Shown here in pieces: positions 37,834 through 48,868 of a stretch of 64,000 nt of DNA. Below the pieces are notes generated by a model. That model did not search any database. It had not been told where the DNA came from and worked only from the letters and a program-made list of their open reading frames with translations. Both the position numbers and the translations under genes were made by a program. Within the stretch, counting starts at the first letter, position 1; every line of letters begins with the position of its first letter. The DNA is taken from IMG/VR virus record IMGVR_UViG_3300044878_000169. One strand, written 5' to 3'. Origin of the DNA: a virus.

Positions 37834-37854
37834 CCGAACACAGGAGGCCCCACC

Positions 37855-39819
37855 ATGGCGTTGAACATCGGCGAACTGGTGGGGTACCTCGACCTCGACG
37901 CAGGACCCTTCGAGAAGGCCATCGGCAAGGCCTTCGACACCATGGGTTCCAAAAAGTGGCAGGTCGCCGGTGCCGCCGCCGGCGTGGCCGCGGGGACGGC
38001 CATCGCGGCCGGGCTGCTGTCCGCGATGGACAACCAGAAGCTGAACAACAAGATGACGGCGTCCCTCGGGCTGGACAAGAACCAGGCCGCGACCGCGGGG
38101 AAGGCCGCCGGGCAGCTGTACGCGGACAACTACGGCTCCTCGATGGAGGACGTCACGGGCGCCGTCGAAGGCGTTATGTCCTCGATCAAGGGCATGCGCA
38201 CCGCGTCGCAGGCGGACATCCAGGACGTCACAAAAGACGTCCTGAACCTTGCCTCCGCCTTCGAGGTCGACACCGGGCGTGCCGCGCAGGTCGCGGGCCA
38301 GATGATCACCTCTGGCATCGCCACGGACGCGAAGAACGCCACCGACCTGCTGGCCGGCACCCTGTCGAAGGTCCCCAAGGAAGTCCGCGGCGACATCATC
38401 GACGCCGTCGACGAGTACTCCCCCTTCATGGCCACCCTCGGCATCAAGGGGGAGGAGGCCATGGGCATCCTCGCGACCGCGTCCGAAAAGGGCATGTACG
38501 GGATCGACAAAACCGGGGACGCCTTGAAGGAGTTCACGATCCGGTCCACGGACATGTCCAAGGCCACCGGTGGGGCCTACGAGGCGCTCGGCATGAACCA
38601 GAAGGACATGACGGCGAAGCTGCTGGCCGGCGGGGACACCGCGAAGTCCGCCTTCGCTGAGATCATCGGCGGCCTGCAGTCCATGGACGACCCGGTCGCC
38701 CAGTCCCAGGCGGCCCTCGCCCTGTTCGGCACCCCGCTCGAAGACCTCTCCGTCACCGAGATCCCCAACTTCCTCGGCTCCATCGACCCCATGGGTGACA
38801 AGTTCGACTCTCTGAAGGGCAAAGCCGGGGAGCTCGACAGCACCCTCTCCGGCGGGACGGCGAACAGCTTCTCCACACTGCAGCGCTCCGCTGAGACGGC
38901 CATGTCGGCCATCGGCACGCAGATGCTGCCCATCCTGACCCCGATCATCCAGAAAATGACCGAATGGGCGCCCATCCTCGGGCCCCTTGTGCTCGCCCTG
39001 GGCGCGTTCGCCGCGATCATGTGGGTCGTCAACGCCGCGATGGCCGCCAACCCCATCACCTGGATCATCCTCGGCATCATGCTCCTCATCGCCGCGATAG
39101 TCCTGCTGGTCATGAACTGGGACACCGTGGTCAACACCGTCACGGTGATCTGGGGCGGGTTCGTCAACTGGATCAAGTCGGTCATGGACGGCTTCCTCGT
39201 CTGGTGGGGCGGCGTCTGGGACGGATTCCTCGGCTTCCTCTCCGACACATGGACGAACGCCGGCAACGGAATCCGGGACTTCATCGACTCCTCGGTCCGG
39301 TTCTTCATGGAACTCCCGGGAAAGATCCTCGACGCCCTGGCCGGCGCCGGAACGTGGCTGTTCGACCTGGGCCGCAACATCGTCCAAGGCTTATTCGACG
39401 GGATCAAATCCCTGGCCGGGACCATCGGCAACTTCTTCCTGTCCCTGCTCCCTGGCTGGATTGTGGAACCGTTCAAGCTCGCCCTTGACATCCATTCCCC
39501 GTCCCGCGTGTTCCGTAAGCTGGGCCGCCAGATCCCCGCCGGTCTGATGCTCGGCGTGGGTGACGGGCAGGGCGACATCGACAAAGGCATGGCCGGGCTC
39601 GTCACGGTCCCGGACGTGCCCAACATCGTGTCCCCGTCCCTGACCGGGCGGGCCTCGATGGCCGGCCTCAGCTCCCCCGCGGCCGCCGACACCGAACCCA
39701 CCCGCGGCGGGTTCATCCAGAAGAACTACTTCACCGAACGTGAGGACGCCGAGGCGTTGGTCGACAAGGTCTGGTCGCGAGTGCGGTCGAAGTTCTCAGA
39801 GGCAGGAGTGCGCGTATGA
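37855..39819 (+). CDS. Tape measure protein
   Basis: DKTGDALKEF, NPITW, W/F-periodic repeats, IHSPSRVF. Confidence 0.9.
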   Translation: MALNIGELVGYLDLDAGPFEKAIGKAFDTMGSKKWQVAGAAAGVAAGTAIAAGLLSAMDNQKLNNKMTASLGLDKNQAATAGKAAGQLYADNYGSSMEDVTGAVEGVMSSIKGMRTASQADIQDVTKDVLNLASAFEVDTGRAAQVAGQMITSGIATDAKNATDLLAGTLSKVPKEVRGDIIDAVDEYSPFMATLGIKGEEAMGILATASEKGMYGIDKTGDALKEFTIRSTDMSKATGGAYEALGMNQKDMTAKLLAGGDTAKSAFAEIIGGLQSMDDPVAQSQAALALFGTPLEDLSVTEIPNFLGSIDPMGDKFDSLKGKAGELDSTLSGGTANSFSTLQRSAETAMSAIGTQMLPILTPIIQKMTEWAPILGPLVLALGAFAAIMWVVNAAMAANPITWIILGIMLLIAAIVLLVMNWDTVVNTVTVIWGGFVNWIKSVMDGFLVWWGGVWDGFLGFLSDTWTNAGNGIRDFIDSSVRFFMELPGKILDALAGAGTWLFDLGRNIVQGLFDGIKSLAGTIGNFFLSLLPGWIVEPFKLALDIHSPSRVFRKLGRQIPAGLMLGVGDGQGDIDKGMAGLVTVPDVPNIVSPSLTGRASMAGLSSPAAADTEPTRGGFIQKNYFTEREDAEALVDKVWSRVRSKFSEAGVRV

Positions 39820-40568
39820 GCCGGAGCGTCATCCTCGCCGGGCAGACCCTCCACGGCCGGGACCGGCTCGGGCACTGGCAGGTCAAGGCCATTGACGGGC
39901 TGAACAAGACCCCGCCATCGAAGGGTGAAACAGCGGACCGGCCCGGGGCGGACGGTGAGTACGACCTCCCCGTCGAGTACGGGGCCCGGTCGTTGGTCAT
40001 CACGGGCCGGGTGGTGTGCCGGAGCATCCTGCACGCCACCCGGGCGCGGGACCAAATCACCGCCCTGCTGCGGGTGCCTGGCCGGTTGCAGGTGACCGAT
40101 CCGGCGGGGACCACCCTGTGGATGGACGTCAAGCGCAACGGCCAGATCAGCGCGGACCTCATCGGCCAGTTGGTCCGGTTCACCATCGAAGCGAAAGCCG
40201 TGGACCCGTGCAAGTACGGCGGCACGGTGGACTTTGTCCGCACGAACGGGACCATCACCGTCTACCACCAAGGCAACCACGACGCCCTCCCGACCGTGGT
40301 GGTGCGCGGCTCGGCGGCCAACGGGTACCGGCTCAACGGGCCCGGCGGGCTGCAGTACCGGGTCACCCGGGCGCTGGAGACTGGCAAACCTCACAGGATC
40401 GAGTTCCGCGACGGGCTCCTCCGGGTGGACGGGAACCTCGTCTCCTCCGGCGTCGCCACCGCCCAAACGTGGCCCGTGGCGCCCGGGCCCGGGACGGACT
40501 TCGACATCAACGTCATCTCCGGCGGCACCGCCGAAGCAACGATCACGATCACCGACACATACATCTAG
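39816..40568 (+). CDS. Distal tail protein
   Basis: Follows the tape measure; A.DP.KYG motif. Confidence 0.75.
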   Translation: MSRSVILAGQTLHGRDRLGHWQVKAIDGLNKTPPSKGETADRPGADGEYDLPVEYGARSLVITGRVVCRSILHATRARDQITALLRVPGRLQVTDPAGTTLWMDVKRNGQISADLIGQLVRFTIEAKAVDPCKYGGTVDFVRTNGTITVYHQGNHDALPTVVVRGSAANGYRLNGPGGLQYRVTRALETGKPHRIEFRDGLLRVDGNLVSSGVATAQTWPVAPGPGTDFDINVISGGTAEATITITDTYI

Positions 40569-40577
40569 GGGGTGGGC

Positions 40578-41651
40578 ATGGCCTGGACGGTTTGGTCCTG
40601 CGACACCACCACCGGCGCGAAGCTGGCCAAGCTGCCGTGCGCGTCGTTCTCGTGGCAGCGGGTGCTGAATTCCGGCGGGACCGGACAGGCGGTGTTCAAG
40701 CTCGCGGACGAGGCGTTCCGGGAGATCGACATGCACGACCGCGTCGACCTTGTCCGCCGCACTCTCTCCTTCGAGTGGGACGACGAGCCGGTCGCCGGCG
40801 GCCTGGTCACACGGCACAACTGGGACGCGGACACCAAGACCCTGACCGTGAACCACGCGGATCTGTGGTGGTTGCTGGCTCGTCGGTTCCTGACGGTGCA
40901 GAACACCACCGGGGTCGAGAAAACAAAACTCGAGCTCCTCAACTGGTCCGTGTCGACCATCGTGAAGAAGGTCGTCCAGACTGGCACCTCGGATCTCCCG
41001 ATGACGTACTGGTCGGACTTCACCGGGTCCCGGAAGAAAACCTACGACGGGTTCGCGCTGCCCATCGTCGGCGACGAGCTCGCGAAGCTCATCGACCAGC
41101 CCGACGGCCCTGACGTCGACTTCCGCCTGATCAACGGCGGGAACGGTGTCCAGTGGCAGATGCGCAACAACGAGGGCTTCGGGACCTACGCCTGGAACAT
41201 GTCCGCCGCACAATCGGGGATCTCCGGGCTGAACGTGATCACCGACGCGGAGAAGCTGGCGAACAACGTCTTCGCCGTAGGCAAGGGCACCGAGCAGGAC
41301 TCGATCATCCGGGCCGCGTCATCGCCATCGACCTATCCGCTGTTGCAGACGGCCGAGGCGCATAAGGATGAGGGCGACGTGGCAGTCCTGGACGGATTCG
41401 TGTCCGAAGCGCTGCGGATCCACGCCTCCCCGACCAGCCAGTGGAGCTTCAACATGCTGGCCGGCGGCGGGAACGGTCCTGAGCTGGAGCAGACCAAGGT
41501 CACGGACCTCCGCCTGAATGGCCAACTGTCCCTGTGGACCAACGGGGACGAGTGGATTCCGCCCGGCTGGCACACCCACCGGCTCATCCGGTACTCCGGC
41601 GACCACAAGCAATCAGTGAAGCTCGAATTCCAGCCGACAGGAGGCGCCTAA
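40578..41651 (+). CDS. Minor tail protein (Gp37-like)
   Basis: Synteny; GPDVDF motif. Confidence 0.75.
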   Translation: MAWTVWSCDTTTGAKLAKLPCASFSWQRVLNSGGTGQAVFKLADEAFREIDMHDRVDLVRRTLSFEWDDEPVAGGLVTRHNWDADTKTLTVNHADLWWLLARRFLTVQNTTGVEKTKLELLNWSVSTIVKKVVQTGTSDLPMTYWSDFTGSRKKTYDGFALPIVGDELAKLIDQPDGPDVDFRLINGGNGVQWQMRNNEGFGTYAWNMSAAQSGISGLNVITDAEKLANNVFAVGKGTEQDSIIRAASSPSTYPLLQTAEAHKDEGDVAVLDGFVSEALRIHASPTSQWSFNMLAGGGNGPELEQTKVTDLRLNGQLSLWTNGDEWIPPGWHTHRLIRYSGDHKQSVKLEFQPTGGA

Positions 41652-42400
41652 TGGCCGGTCTTGATGACCTGTCCCGCAGTGAGGTCGCGGAAATCCGGCG
41701 GCTCATCCGGGAACTCTCGATGGCGGCGCCGCTGCAGAACGCGTCCATCGGCGCCGGCGGCCTGCGCGTCTATGGAGGCGGCGTGATCACCATCGAGAAC
41801 GGCGGCCTGAAGGTCACCGGCACCGCGGAGATCATCGGCGAGCTGATCGCGACCGGCGTCGTCAACTTCGAGGGAGAGGTCAACATCACCGGCCCCCTCG
41901 ACGTTTCCGGCCTTGTGACCCTGATGTCCGACCTGGTCGTCGCATCCGGCGGCAAGATCAAGGCCGGAACCATCGAGCTAAACCCGGACGGGTCCGCGAA
42001 ATTCGGAACCCTGCTAATCGACAACCTGGGAAAGGTCACGCTGCAGAACGACCTCACCGTGGCCGCAGGCGGGAAGATCAAGGTCGGATCATCTATGACG
42101 CTGGATCCCTCAGTTTCGTCCGGCGCTCTAGTGTTCTCGAACGGCGCCCAGGTCTTCACCGACTCCACGACGATTCAGGTCTATAAAGGCACGAGCGCCG
42201 TCACAGTGGCGGACGGGACCGCGACACTGCAAGGAAACGGGTCCAACTACGTCCGTGTTGACAGCTCCGGCGTCCGGGCCAATGGGCCACTGAAAGCAAC
42301 CTCAACCGTCACCGTGGACGTCATGAACACGGCACCGGCTGGGAAGACAGCAAACGTCTATTGGGACCCCGTCGACCACGTCCTGAAGGTTGTCCCCTAG
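41651..42400 (+). CDS. Minor tail protein
   Basis: TAATG coupling; Gly-rich beta repeats. Confidence 0.75.
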   Translation: MAGLDDLSRSEVAEIRRLIRELSMAAPLQNASIGAGGLRVYGGGVITIENGGLKVTGTAEIIGELIATGVVNFEGEVNITGPLDVSGLVTLMSDLVVASGGKIKAGTIELNPDGSAKFGTLLIDNLGKVTLQNDLTVAAGGKIKVGSSMTLDPSVSSGALVFSNGAQVFTDSTTIQVYKGTSAVTVADGTATLQGNGSNYVRVDSSGVRANGPLKATSTVTVDVMNTAPAGKTANVYWDPVDHVLKVVP

Positions 42401-42786
42401 CGGATCGTTTCCGGGCAGAGTCCGTCCTGTGCGGCCACGGCGACAGCGAGACTTTGGTCTTGTGCGCCGCTTGCTTCCACGACCTTGACGGCGGTGACGT
42501 CCGTGCCGCTGAGCATCTGCTTGCATGCGAGCTTGCCAGCACTGATCAGGATTTCGTCGGCGGGCGGCGTCCCGACCCACCGGAACTTAGCGCTCTTGAG
42601 AAATAGGGCGGTGTCTTCCGCACGGGTGGGAGTGGCTGCGTCGGCAGAAGGAACGCTAGCCGCCGGGATGGGCGCCGCTTCGACCGTGACGGTCGCTGTG
42701 ACCGTCGGGGCAGGTGCTGCCGCCGGTGCTGAGCATCCGGCGAGCGCGAGTGATGCCAAAAGGGCGAGTCCCCCAAGTCTTCCCAT
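42397..42786 (-). CDS. Lipoprotein (DUF732-like), antisense accessory gene
   Basis: Signal peptide with LAGC lipobox, Pro/Thr/Ala linker, two further Cys. Confidence 0.75.
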   Translation of the reverse strand: MGRLGGLALLASLALAGCSAPAAAPAPTVTATVTVEAAPIPAASVPSADAATPTRAEDTALFLKSAKFRWVGTPPADEILISAGKLACKQMLSGTDVTAVKVVEASGAQDQSLAVAVAAQDGLCPETIR

Positions 42787-42825
42787 GCGCTGAGTGTAGC
42801 GAACCACGCACCGAATTAATACACC

Positions 42826-42849
42826 AAGGCCCCAACTAGGGCCTTTTTT
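42826..42849 (+). terminator. Terminator before the tail-fibre cassette
   Basis: aaggcccc/ggggcctt hairpin plus T-run. Confidence 0.7.
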
Positions 42850-42870
42850 CATGCCCCCAGGAGAAGCCAC

Positions 42871-43332
42871 ATGGCCGCAGTAAACCTCACCCTCTACGAC
42901 ATCGGCGGAGGCCACCTCGCTGGAAAGAACCCGCAACTGATCTTCACCCTGAATGACGCGGCGGCCACAGCCGGCGGCGTGTACGTCACCGAGCCCATCG
43001 TCGTCACCCCGGGAAGTGACGGATCAGCTTCCTTCGATCTTCCGTCCACAGACCTCATGCGGGACGACAACTATTACAGCCTCGCCGTCAAGTGGCAGGG
43101 GCCCGCCGGTGAATCGATCCGGGTTGACTACCCCGACTGGAAGATCCAGGTCCCGACGGGTGGCGGCAACATCGTCGACCTACGCGGCCCCGGCACCAAC
43201 ATGTCCATGGTCTATGTCTCCCTCACCCCGCCGGATAAGCCACTCCCGCGCACGTACTGGTGGAAGACGGATCCGGACGACATCACAAACCCCGCCAACA
43301 CCGGCAAAATCTACCGTTGGGAGAACATCTAA
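42871..43332 (+). CDS. Virion/tail adaptor protein
   Basis: Homolog of 1411-1872. Confidence 0.75.
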   Translation: MAAVNLTLYDIGGGHLAGKNPQLIFTLNDAAATAGGVYVTEPIVVTPGSDGSASFDLPSTDLMRDDNYYSLAVKWQGPAGESIRVDYPDWKIQVPTGGGNIVDLRGPGTNMSMVYVSLTPPDKPLPRTYWWKTDPDDITNPANTGKIYRWENI

Positions 43333-46265
43333 TGGCGTACGGCTGGAAATTGATCGCCGACATCCAGGGCCCTCCGGGTGATGTCTCCCTGTACGGTCCC
43401 GGCTGGGCGCCGCAGCGCAACGTGCCGGCCAACGCGGACCTGAACACGTTCAAAATCCCGGGCGTGCACCGGATCACCACCCCGGACACGCAGACCATCA
43501 AGAACCTGCCCGCGGGCATCAAGCAGGCGTGCATCTTCGAGAACCTGCAGACCGGCGACGGCACGACGACGTGGTGGGCGCAGCGGATCACCCAGCACGG
43601 CAACAACCCTCGCATGGTGTACCGCTCGACCCGGGACACGGCGGGCGGGTGGAACGACTGGGAAGACCTCATCACCGATGGCGGCGACATCACCGAACTG
43701 CACATCTTCCTTGCCGTGGGTCAGTCGAACATGTCCGGCCGCGGCAAGCCGTCTGGCGGTTCCCGTGACCCGGAAAACGATCGCATCCTGCAGTACGGTG
43801 CGAAGACGGTCCCGCGGGCGATCACCAACGCCACGGTGCCGCTGGACATGCACGACACCGCCACCGGCCTGTCGCCGGCAACCACGTTCGCCCGCGCCTA
43901 CTTGAAGACCCAGCCGTCCAACGTCGGCGTCCTCATCATCCCCGCCGCGCACGGCTCCACCGGATTCACGTCTTCGACGTCAACCCTGACGTGGACGCCG
44001 AACGTCGCCACCGACCCGACACTGGACCTGCCGGCACTCGCTGTCCAGCAGACCCTTGACGGCAAGGCCGCGGCGAAGGCTGCCGGCTACACGGTGAGCA
44101 TCGAGGGCATCCTCTGGCACCAGGGCGAGAACAACACGTCCATGTCTCAGTCGTCCTACGCCGCGAACCTGGACGCGCTGATCGCGTACTTCCGGGACCA
44201 GCTTGGCAACACCAAGCTGCCGTTCCTTGTCGGGCAGATGTCCCCCGAGGGCATCGAAGCGAACGCCGGCCGGCAGAACATCGACGCGGCGCACAAGGAC
44301 ACCCCGAACCGTGTCGCGTTCACCGGGTTCGCCCCTGCCACCCGCAGCGGCTACAACACCGGAGACACCACGCACCTGTCCCGGATCGGCGTGGAGTTCC
44401 TTGGCCGGACCTACGTGAACGCGCTGAACGACGCCCGGGGCAACGCGGACCTGAACCCCCGCATGAAAGCCGCCGAGGCATCCCTCGCAACGGTTCCTGC
44501 CCAGGTGGCTGCCGCGGTCCCGTCCGCCGTTGCGGACTACATCGCGGACGACCCGACAGTGGTTCAGGCCGCGGCCGACATGGCGGCGAACAACTCCGGG
44601 CTGCTGCCGAAATGGAAGCCGAACACGGCCTACACCACGGGTCAGCAGGTAGTCACCCCGGACGGCGATATTGTCACCCGGACCACCAATGGCACGTCCG
44701 GCGCGACGTACACCGCAACGAACTGGACCCCATCGGCCACGGCCACGGGGCTCACGACGAAGCTGGACGCATCGCAGAAGGCCGCACCGTCCGGCGTGGC
44801 ATCTCTGGACGCGCAGGGCAAGATCCCGGCCGGCCAGGGATCAGTCGGGCTCCCGGCTGACCAGGTGGACTACGTGGCCGCCCTCGCGCTCCGGTCCAAG
44901 ACGACGAAGCTGCAGTTGAAGAAGGCCGACTCGACTGGCGGCATCGAAGTCTCCTGCATCACGGCGGGCGGCAACCACGTCACGTACCAGTTCTACGGGA
45001 ACGCGGCCGGCGACGACTACCACGTCCTGGCGAACGTGTGGGCCGGCACGTCCACCGCGACGACGGCGCAGGTATCGAAGAAGCTGTGGGCGGACCTGTC
45101 CACCACCGGCACGTACACTGCCGTCGCTTCCGCTTTCGTCTACACCACGGACAAGGCAACCCCGGCAACGTTCACTACATCCGTCGTCGTGGATGTCCCC
45201 GGTTCCTCGCTGCGCTTCCACACCTACCGCGACAACCGCGGCGGCGTGTGGCAGTTGACCATCAGCGGCGCCGAGATGGACATGATGCAGACCGTGAGCA
45301 CCTGGGCTTCGGCCGCGGCTTACGACTCGACTGGCGTTGTGGTCTTCAACAACCTCAACCCGGGCACGTACACCATCACCGGGAAGTTCCTGGGGGATGA
45401 CCCGGCCAACGCACCCAGCGGCGGCACGTCACGGGGCTGGCTGGCGAACAACGCTGACGGATCTTCCACCAGCGCTACCCTGTTCGCCGTGTGGGCGCCG
45501 TTCCGGTCCATCAACAAGGACATCTTGCTCAAGCCGGCCTCAAACATGGACATCGCCATGCAGGTGCAGCCCGCGGGCGGATCCACCTTGGAGTGGATGC
45601 CGTACCACGGCGTTGCGACCATGTACCAGGCGGACGCCCCGGTCTACCTCGACGGGGATGTGGTGGTTGACGTCGATGGCATGGCTACCGGCGCGTACCG
45701 GGCGCTCACGAGTTTCGAGCTCGTGCAGCGCGTCTACGGCCGGAACAGCAGCACCGGGTCCACCAACCTTGTTGAGCTCGCCACAAGCCACCTGATCCGG
45801 GCCAACTCCCAGGTGACCATCACTGGGCGGTGGAAGGCGCTGGCGGCGATCGAACTTGGCGACAACTACCACATGATGCTCCCCGGGAGCATGGCACTGT
45901 TCGACCAGCTTGTTACGTCCATCGGCAACGGCTACCGGAACGGCACTGACCTGATCGGCGCCGAAACTCCGCTGGTTGCTGAGAACGACCTGGCTATGTC
46001 GCACATGTTCCTGTCATCCACGAACAAGAACGTGGCCGGCGCCGTCCGGTACGCGAACCCGCAGGAAACCATCCGCCGCGGCAAGGCCAGCAAGAACCCC
46101 GACTCGACCAAGGCATTCCTGCAGCACCGGGACGCCTCAATCGTGAAGGTTTACAACCGGCCCTACGCGCCTGGCACGGCAATCCCGGCCGGCACGATCA
46201 GCCGTTTCGGCGGCGACTACATCTACGCGCAAGCGCTGGGGCTCTACGACCAGTTCTCGCTCTAA
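43332..46265 (+). CDS. Tail fibre/spike with SGNH acetylesterase domain, allele 2
   Basis: Same motifs as 1873-4806; 977 aa from ATG 43332. Confidence 0.8.
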   Translation: MAYGWKLIADIQGPPGDVSLYGPGWAPQRNVPANADLNTFKIPGVHRITTPDTQTIKNLPAGIKQACIFENLQTGDGTTTWWAQRITQHGNNPRMVYRSTRDTAGGWNDWEDLITDGGDITELHIFLAVGQSNMSGRGKPSGGSRDPENDRILQYGAKTVPRAITNATVPLDMHDTATGLSPATTFARAYLKTQPSNVGVLIIPAAHGSTGFTSSTSTLTWTPNVATDPTLDLPALAVQQTLDGKAAAKAAGYTVSIEGILWHQGENNTSMSQSSYAANLDALIAYFRDQLGNTKLPFLVGQMSPEGIEANAGRQNIDAAHKDTPNRVAFTGFAPATRSGYNTGDTTHLSRIGVEFLGRTYVNALNDARGNADLNPRMKAAEASLATVPAQVAAAVPSAVADYIADDPTVVQAAADMAANNSGLLPKWKPNTAYTTGQQVVTPDGDIVTRTTNGTSGATYTATNWTPSATATGLTTKLDASQKAAPSGVASLDAQGKIPAGQGSVGLPADQVDYVAALALRSKTTKLQLKKADSTGGIEVSCITAGGNHVTYQFYGNAAGDDYHVLANVWAGTSTATTAQVSKKLWADLSTTGTYTAVASAFVYTTDKATPATFTTSVVVDVPGSSLRFHTYRDNRGGVWQLTISGAEMDMMQTVSTWASAAAYDSTGVVVFNNLNPGTYTITGKFLGDDPANAPSGGTSRGWLANNADGSSTSATLFAVWAPFRSINKDILLKPASNMDIAMQVQPAGGSTLEWMPYHGVATMYQADAPVYLDGDVVVDVDGMATGAYRALTSFELVQRVYGRNSSTGSTNLVELATSHLIRANSQVTITGRWKALAAIELGDNYHMMLPGSMALFDQLVTSIGNGYRNGTDLIGAETPLVAENDLAMSHMFLSSTNKNVAGAVRYANPQETIRRGKASKNPDSTKAFLQHRDASIVKVYNRPYAPGTAIPAGTISRFGGDYIYAQALGLYDQFSL

Positions 46266-46283
46266 CGACAGGACGAAGAAACA

Positions 46284-47126
46284 ATGGGAAGCACCGTAGT
46301 TTCTGTGGGGTCAGACAACACTCTCCCCACGTCCGTCAAGGCAGCGGACGCCAACCTCCCCGCGAGGTTGGCGCCCGCCGCCGTGGCGGTCAACTGGACC
46401 CCGACCACCGCTTACACGGCCGGCCAGCCGGTCATTAGCCCGACAGGTGATGTGGTCACGGCGAAGACCACACACACGTCCGGCGCCTCGTTCACGGCTG
46501 CCAACTGGAATCTCTCGACGTCGTATGTCCTGCTGAGTGCGACGGGCAAGGCAGTCGTCGCGTCCGGCGTCGATTCCGGCGACGGGGTGAACAAGGGCCA
46601 GTTGGACGCGGCGGCGCTGCGGCACTCCCCCACCGGGGCCCTGGCCGTGACGCTGGACCGGCGCTACATCACCGGCACTGTTGTCCCGGCCCTGACGTCC
46701 GGGACGCTGCGGCTGTCGGCTGTGTGGCTGCCCAAGGGCACCGTCGTGACCAACCTGACGTACTTGTGTGGCACGGCGGCCACCAGCCTCACGAACCGCT
46801 GGTTCAGCCTGTTCGACGCCTCCCGCAACCTCTTGCGCACCAGCGCGGACAACACCGCCACATGGAACGCGGGATCCACGCTCACGCTCCCCCTGGCGAG
46901 CACGTATACCGTACCGGCGGACGGGCTCTACTACGTGGGTATCTGTGAGGTGGCGACCACGCCGACCGCGCTCCGCGGTATCGCCTCAAGCACGGGGGCC
47001 GGCATCGCACTGGCGCCGATCCTCAACGGAGACAGCACCGGATCCCTGACCAACGCGGCGTCCACCCCGTCCACCGCGGCAGCCATTACAGCCAGCGGCA
47101 ACATCCCGTTCGCTTACGTGACCTAA
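46284..47126 (+). CDS. Tail-associated protein (copy 2)
   Basis: Identical translation to 4825-5667. Confidence 0.65.
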   Translation: MGSTVVSVGSDNTLPTSVKAADANLPARLAPAAVAVNWTPTTAYTAGQPVISPTGDVVTAKTTHTSGASFTAANWNLSTSYVLLSATGKAVVASGVDSGDGVNKGQLDAAALRHSPTGALAVTLDRRYITGTVVPALTSGTLRLSAVWLPKGTVVTNLTYLCGTAATSLTNRWFSLFDASRNLLRTSADNTATWNAGSTLTLPLASTYTVPADGLYYVGICEVATTPTALRGIASSTGAGIALAPILNGDSTGSLTNAASTPSTAAAITASGNIPFAYVT

Positions 47127-47728
47127 CCTGCCGAGGCGCGGCTCTCATCGTCTACGCGCTTGAGTACGGCCACCCCGTCAACGTCCTCGTAGTATCCGAT
47201 GACCTTCGCCGGGACCCCGGCGATCAGCGCATTGGCGGGCATGTCTTTCGTCACCACGGCGCCGGCGGCGACGATGGACCGTTCACCGATGGTCACGCCG
47301 CCCAGGACGGTTGCGCCGGCACCGATCCAGCAACCTCGCCCGATCACGATCGGGTGGTGTCTGGGCGTCCCTGTCCGGCGGGCGCTGGTGGAAATGTCGT
47401 GCGTGTCCGAAATTAGGCGGACATGCTGCCCGAGGGAAACATCATCCCCGATCTTTACGTTCGGGCGGATGAAGCTGTACGCGTTGATGAACACCCGGGC
47501 CCCAACTTCGATGACACCGGTCCACTCGGCGCCGCGCTTGACCGTCGAATACGGCCCAACGATAATCCGGTTGCTCGCCTGGCCGGTGATGAGGCTGCAA
47601 CTCGGGTCGATCACGGCCTTCTCATCAATGAACAGTCGCGGCCCGCGCTGGGGCTGCAACGCCTCGATCATTTCCCGCAGGCCGGCGACCTGTTCCCGCA
47701 GCTCCGCTATTTCATTCTCAACACTCAC
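47123..47728 (-). CDS. Hexapeptide O-acetyltransferase (copy 2)
   Basis: Identical translation to 5664-6269. Confidence 0.9.
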   Translation of the reverse strand: MSVENEIAELREQVAGLREMIEALQPQRGPRLFIDEKAVIDPSCSLITGQASNRIIVGPYSTVKRGAEWTGVIEVGARVFINAYSFIRPNVKIGDDVSLGQHVRLISDTHDISTSARRTGTPRHHPIVIGRGCWIGAGATVLGGVTIGERSIVAAGAVVTKDMPANALIAGVPAKVIGYYEDVDGVAVLKRVDDESRASAG

Positions 47729-48118
47729 AGGAGCAAGCGTACCCAGTTCAAAGCCCTCCCATGACCACGCGGCCCAGGAGGGGCGATGAAAGACCAGCAG
47801 CGAACGGCAACGTTCCGTTCACCCGCGTCAGTTAGCCCGCGGAGCCGCGGCTTCCGTCATTGCGAGCTGCCTGCAATTCACGCTGGTAGTCCGCAACCGT
47901 CAGCACGCCCTTCTCGTCCAGGACGCGCCTGACGCGCTCAAAAAAGGCTTCCAGTTCGTAGGCCTCAATGATGCCGTCGTACTGGGTCAAGGAAGGCTGA
48001 TCAGCCATAGGAAACCCCCAAGAAAAAACCCGCACCCCATGCGCGGTGACGAAAGTCTACACGCATTTTTTCCGCAGTTTCTGCGCACCGTAACATCCCC
48101 GCCGCCAAGGAGGCGCAC

Positions 48119-48535
48119 ATGCACCATGTCCTATTGAAGCTATGGCTCCGCGTGCAGGAGCCTCGCGCACTTTCAGCGATCTACTTCTTCGCCTACTTGG
48201 CTGTGGCGATCCTCGGACTCGCCGTGGTGATCGACCCGCCCCGCAGCATCCAAGGATCCATCGGGCAGGCACTAATGGCCTGCTGGGCGCTGTTCCTCGT
48301 CGTCGGCGGCGGCCTCGGCGCAGCCACAGTCCTGCAAGGGGTTTGGTGGCTCGAGCGGCTCGGGGCGATCCTCTGCGGCTTCGCGATGCTCGTCTACGGC
48401 GCCGCGATCTGCGGCGTACCCCTCACCCAAGTCAGTGTCCGCGTCGCATCCCTCGCCTTTGTCATCTTCGCCGTCCTCGCCTTCGCCGCAAGACTCGTCC
48501 AGACCAGGCACTACGCCTACGACCCCGAAAAGTAG
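48119..48535 (+). CDS. Membrane protein (copy 2)
   Basis: Identical translation to 6660-7076. Confidence 0.75.
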   Translation: MHHVLLKLWLRVQEPRALSAIYFFAYLAVAILGLAVVIDPPRSIQGSIGQALMACWALFLVVGGGLGAATVLQGVWWLERLGAILCGFAMLVYGAAICGVPLTQVSVRVASLAFVIFAVLAFAARLVQTRHYAYDPEK

Positions 48536-48541
48536 GTTCCC

Positions 48542-48868
48542 ATGGATGCCACACAGGCGGCGGTCGCCATCATGACCGCTGGCGGCGGCGTGTTTCTGGT
48601 GGCCCTGGTCAACGGACTCGGCAAGTACTTCAGCGGCGCCGCCGGCCGCGAACGGGCACGGAACACCAGCCTCAAGGACCAGCGAAACGAGGCTTGGGCC
48701 GACGCCGAACGCGAACGTGAGCGTGCCGACCGTGAGGCCCACAACCGGCGCCTCACCGAGGAATACGCTTCCCAGCTGCGCCGCGACTGCACCGAACACG
48801 GCATGCAACCCCACGAGCTCCGCCCCTGGCCGACGCTCAAGAAGCCCCCCAGCGAGGAGACACAATGA
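48542..48868 (+). CDS. Membrane-anchored protein (copy 2)
   Basis: Identical translation to 7083-7409. Confidence 0.7.
   Translation: MDATQAAVAIMTAGGGVFLVALVNGLGKYFSGAAGRERARNTSLKDQRNEAWADAERERERADREAHNRRLTEEYASQLRRDCTEHGMQPHELRPWPTLKKPPSEETQ

Noticed and set aside
29549..39387. Long minus-strand ORFs (29549-31993, 33273-35438, 37432-39387; also 21346-23304)
   Set aside because: Shadow frames of high-GC genes lying opposite clear phage genes, with no recognisable motifs
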